NCBI GenBank assembly: GCA_043228905.1
Contig: JBHGNT010000006.1
Coordinates: 17,980,001 to 18,044,000, forward strand
Direction of reading: 5' to 3'
Source of the DNA: Azolla caroliniana
Lineage: Eukaryota > Plantae > Polypodiophyta
Length of the DNA: 64,000 bases
Shown: positions 59,801 through 64,000 of the stretch, piece by piece
Numbering within the stretch: position 1 is the first letter of the stretch
Layout: each line of letters opens with the position of its first letter
Made by a program: the position numbers and the translations under genes
Notes under the pieces: generated by a model
The model's database searches: none
What the model was told of the DNA's origin: nothing
What the model saw: only the letters and a program-made list of their open reading frames with translations

Positions 59801-62556
59801 ACCTAAGTATGGACGCGAAACCGATCGCTCAACGCAGGTACCGGATGAATCCGAATTATGCGGCAAAGGTGAAGGAGGAAATTGATAAGCTCCTCCGGGT
59901 CGGATTTATCCGACCGGTCAAGCAGGCAACTTGGCTAAGTCCGATAGTGGTGGTCCCGAAAAAGAACGGCAAAATCCGGGTATGTGTGGACTACCGAAAA
60001 CTAAATGCCGCAACAGTGACCAATGCGTTTCCACTACCATTTACGGACGGGGTGTTAGATGCGGTAGCCGGCCACGAAGTTTACAGCTTCCTGGATGGAT
60101 TTAGCGGCTACAACCAAATACGAATGAACCCGGCCGACCAGGAGAAGACAACATTCGTGACGGAATGGGGAGTGTTCGTCGCGGTCGTGATGATGTTTGG
60201 ACTAAAGACGGCTCCAGCGACCTTTCAAAGGATAATAATGGAAATTTTCGGGGAATATATCCCCGGTTTTATGCAGGTCTTCCTTGACGATTTCGCAGTC
60301 TACAGCCGGCACGGAGAGCATCTCGATCACCTCCGGCTGTGCTTGGAGAAGTGCCGCGAGTACCGATTGAGCCTGAACCCGGCCAAGTGCGTCTTTGGAG
60401 TGGCAAGCGGCAACTTACTAGGGCACGTGGTGAGTAAGGAAGGAATCGCGGTAGATCCGGATAAAGTCAAGGCGATTCTCGAGGTTTTAAGCCGGTTCCT
60501 GGGCCAAATAAGGTGGCATAGCCGGATGATACAACACCTCGCAGACTTCGCTATACCGTTACATACCGCCATACATAGGGTACCCTTCCTATGGGCGGAG
60601 ACGGAGGAGGAATCCTACAAAGCGTTGAAGGTTATGTTGTCGCAAGCTCCGGTGGTGCAACCGCCGGATTGGAGTAAAAGCTTTCACGTCTTCATCGACG
60701 CGTCGGATGTAGCAATCGGCAGCGTTATGATGCAACTCACGGAGCCGAAATGGTACCGACCGGTGTACTACGCAAGCCGGAAACTCTCAAAAGCCGAACG
60801 GAATTACTCTATGACGGAACGCGAGGCATTGGGAATGGTGTATAGTGTCACAAAGTACAGGCACTATCTGCTCGGAAGGAATTTTTCCTTCCATGTCGAC
60901 CATTCGGCACTACTCTACCTGGTCTCGAAGGCATCCCTGACGGGAAAAATTGCACGGTGAACACTGCTGCTACAGGAATTTGAATTCGACATTTTCCACC
61001 GACCCGGGGCGCAGCATGCGGTAGCGGACTACCTAAGTAGACTCGAATCCGGAGAAGCAGGGGACGGCGTCCAGGATGAGTTTCCCGACGCCGAATTGTT
61101 CCGGATCACGACGAAACCGGCAACGGATACAACGGTAGCCGATGAAGACACATGGCTAACTGAGATGCATTAGTTCCTGAGCACCGGAGTTCCCCCGGAG
61201 AACATGGACCGCGATGAAAGGAAAAGGGTAGCAGTAAGAAGTAGACATTTCTGCTTGGTTGGAGACACCCTCTATCACAAGGGGGCAGATGGCATCTGGA
61301 GACAAGCAGTGCGGAGCGATGAGAAGGATTTAATCCTCAGGGAAGCCCACTGTGGAATTGCCGGTGGGCATTATGCCGGCGACGCAACCGCTCGGAAAAT
61401 ATGGCAAAGCGGACTGTGGTGGCCGACCACCCTAAAAGATGCCGTGAAGTATAGCAGAGAATGTGATTTGTGTCAACGACTGGGCCAACCCACAGAGCAG
61501 GCCCGGATGCCACACCACCCGGTCTTGCCCTTGGAACCGTTTCAAAAGTGGGGGTTGGACTTTGTCGGTCCCTTCAAACCACCGGCAATGCGAACCGGAA
61601 ATCGGTATGTCATAGTGGCGACCGACTATTGCACCAAATGGGTAGAAGCAAAGGCCTTACGGGACAACACGGCCGCGTCCACGGCAAAGTTTCCGTACGA
61701 GTGCATATGGTGCCGGTATGGATGCCCGATCGAGCTTATAAGTGACCAAGGAGGACATTTTCTCGGGCAGGTAGTAGAAAGCCTGATGTCATTTTACGCG
61801 GTGGTACATAAAAAGAGTACTCCCTACTACCCTCAAGCCAATGGACTAGCGGAATCAACGAACAAAACTCTGCAGAACATCCTACGAAAAATCGTCAACG
61901 AGAACCGGACCGACTGGGATACAAAATTGCAAAGCGCGCTATGGGCGTACCGAACAACCTACAAAACCAGCATCCGGACAACCCCGTTCCGACTAGCATT
62001 CGGTTTAGAAGCGGTCATGCCGGTAGAGTTCCAGATCCCCAGCTTACGAATTCAGGTGAAGGAGCGCTTAAGTGAGAACGAGTCCGAACGAATCCGGCTG
62101 GCAACGTTGTTGGAATTAGAAGAAAACTGAATAGCCAGCTTACTACAACTCGAACTGGAGCAAAGGAGGAGAAAAGCTTTCGTGGACCGACACCAGCGTG
62201 GCAATGAAAAGGAGTTCGAAGTCGGGAAACCGGTGCTACTATTCCAGACACGGATGGGGAACATGCCGGGAAAGTTGCGGTTTCGATGGACCGGACCGTT
62301 CTGGATCACCAAGGAGTACAATGGGTCGTATCAGCTCGGCACCTAGTCTGGAGATGTCATCGGCAAGTGGGCAAATGGATTTCGGCTAAAGCCGTATAAG
62401 GGAAATATGCCAGCAAACCCGTTAAAGCAAAACCCGGAAATCCGGCAAGATGAAGAACCGGCACCGATATGGACAAAGTCGATCCCGGAAAACCGACAGA
62501 AGGATCCGGTATCCACACGAACCGACCCGAACAAATCGGGGGGGACCAGCAAATGA
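56817..62556 (+). pseudogene. Gypsy-C gag-pol
   Basis: CYYCRKEGHYSSQC knuckle; IIDGGSG protease with a frameshift at ~59020; RT-RH 59632-60960; integrase 61204-62130; several single-base stops. Confidence 0.94.
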
Positions 62557-62779
62557 CGTGGTCCAAACAAAGAAAAAAAAAGAAAAAAGAAAAAGAAAAA
62601 AAGAAGACGTGGGCAAAATCGACGCGAATCATAGTAATGATGGGGAGATCACAAGAGGTGGGAGCGCCACCATGCAACGAAGAGGCGCCATGCATTAAAG
62701 AAGGACGTGCACGTACTTGCTATTTAAAGCATGGAACGTGGGCACTCACACGCGGTAAACAAGAAAGGATATACTAATT

Positions 62780-63335
62780 ATGGCGGGAGAGGAACATGCG
62801 CGGGAAACGAAAAAGGGCGGCTCGAGGCAAAAGCCACTATATAAGACACAGGCCTGCGAAGGGCTCACTTTTTACGAATTTTCCTACATACAGGCGCAGA
62901 AGCACAGAAGAGCGACCCGACGCACAGAGCACACACAGCGCGATCCCGAACAACAGGCAGCAGAAGAAGAATTCGAAACAATGGTACTGTCGGAAGAAGC
63001 ACGCCAATGGATGAGGGAGAACGGGTTAAAAGGATTGTTGCGGATCGCCGACGCTCCACCACACGCAGAACCAGAGCAGGCGGCAGCATCAATCGATATA
63101 TCAGAAGTCACGGAAGGAGCGGTGCAGGCGCTCACGGGGATAAAAGCAGGAGGACTTCAAACAATCGAAAACCCTTCAAGTGAGATCCTGTTCGAATATT
63201 TCGATGAGTACTCTATCAGCAGCAAGGCGTACCGAACGCAGGGCGGAGAGAACCTGCTGTTCGGAGAAGTGGCCCGCGCCATGATGGAATACGGATTCGT
63301 GAATCCCCGTCCCTCGGCCAAAGCCAAGTACCGGG
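62780..63335 (+). pseudogene. Gypsy-C extra ORF, N-terminal part
   Basis: WMRENGLKGLL and SSKAYRTQGGENLLF motifs homologous to the A/B extra ORFs; cut by an insertion at 63336. Confidence 0.82.
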
Positions 63336-64000
63336 TGTGAAAGTGTTTTTAGAATCTAAGCCATTGAACATTAGGAGAATATAAAGTATAGATAATTCAC
63401 CTTTTGAGGATAAGAACACGAACTAAGACCTTAGGGAAGAAGTCAAAAGTAAAAGTACGAGACCAAGAGAAAAGTAAAAAGAGAAAACGCAGACTATAAA
63501 AAACAGTAAAAATAGAATGGTCATAACTCCCTCGTTGTTTATCCAAATATCACGTTTAAATATGGATTAGAAAGCTTGTAAAAAGAGCTTTCTATAGCTT
63601 TTTAAATCGCTTAATTTGGATATCGGATGAGGGAGATATGACGATTAGAAGGTCGATGTGTCATAGCTAAAAATAGGGAGATAAAAAGCTTCTAAAAATA
63701 GCATGAACGTGGATAAGAAGAGGAAGGTTATAAAAGAAGAAGTGATATTAGTGAGGAGGGGGGCTAAGAGTGAAGGCCAAAGAGTGGATGAGGAGTGTTA
63801 GGAAGAAGTGTCTTTGTGGAAGAGGAAGTGTCTTAGAAGAGGAAGGTCTTTGGTTTTAGTTCAATGTGGAGTTTGTCTCCTTTGTATTCTCTTGATGTTG
63901 GAATATCAGAACATTCTTATTTCTTGCTCGCTTTCTCTATCTTTTTTCTTAGTTTCTTGAGTTATACTCTCTAATCATAATTACCTAGAGCTATATAATA
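63336..64000. mobile_element. Probable LTR of another retrotransposon inserted into Gypsy-C (partial)
   Basis: Starts TGTGAAAG exactly where extra-ORF homology stops; AT-rich, TATAAAAG at ~63729, no ORF. Confidence 0.65.

Larger units (their letters stand above)
56375..63335 (+). mobile_element. Ty3/gypsy Gypsy-C (A/B family; 3' part outside the window)
   Basis: 5' LTR 56375-56764, PBS, gag-pol and the start of the extra ORF. Confidence 0.93.

Overview
Plant-type heterochromatic window made almost entirely of nested transposable elements; no intact host gene was recognised. The host is probably a non-seed land plant (inference from element types). Nesting was resolved from LTR termini and target-site duplications (TSDs). 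An old minus-strand Ty1/copia (3949-55752) is interrupted on the left by a young copia (<1-3948) and internally by a 48-kb Ty3/gypsy, Gypsy-A (5173-53452, TSD GTCTA). Gypsy-A contains a related Gypsy-B (7139-17140, TSD CACGA), a young full-length copia (17435-23035, TSD AGAAT), a solo LTR (50676-51140, TSD GACCT) and an unrelated tRNA-Trp-primed Gypsy-D (23978-48419). Gypsy-D contains a third copia (26303-30737, TSD CTCTT) and a 12.4-kb TIR DNA transposon (35586-48028, TSD AAGT, Sola2-like). A further A/B-family element, Gypsy-C, starts at 56375 and is interrupted by another LTR at 63336. Main unusual signals: (1) Gypsy-A and -B have no polypurine tract; a CCA-ending tRNA-Arg-like hairpin sits directly before the 3' LTR, suggesting tRNA or tRNA-mimic priming of plus-strand DNA. 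(2) The DNA transposon carries a spliced RING-H2 plus FCP1/NIF-like cargo gene and intronic AGCT-palindrome satellites. (3) The Gypsy-D LTR contains tRNA-like Pol III modules. (4) The A/B/C family has a ~1000-aa extra ORF after pol. All coordinates were read by eye and no database searches were run.
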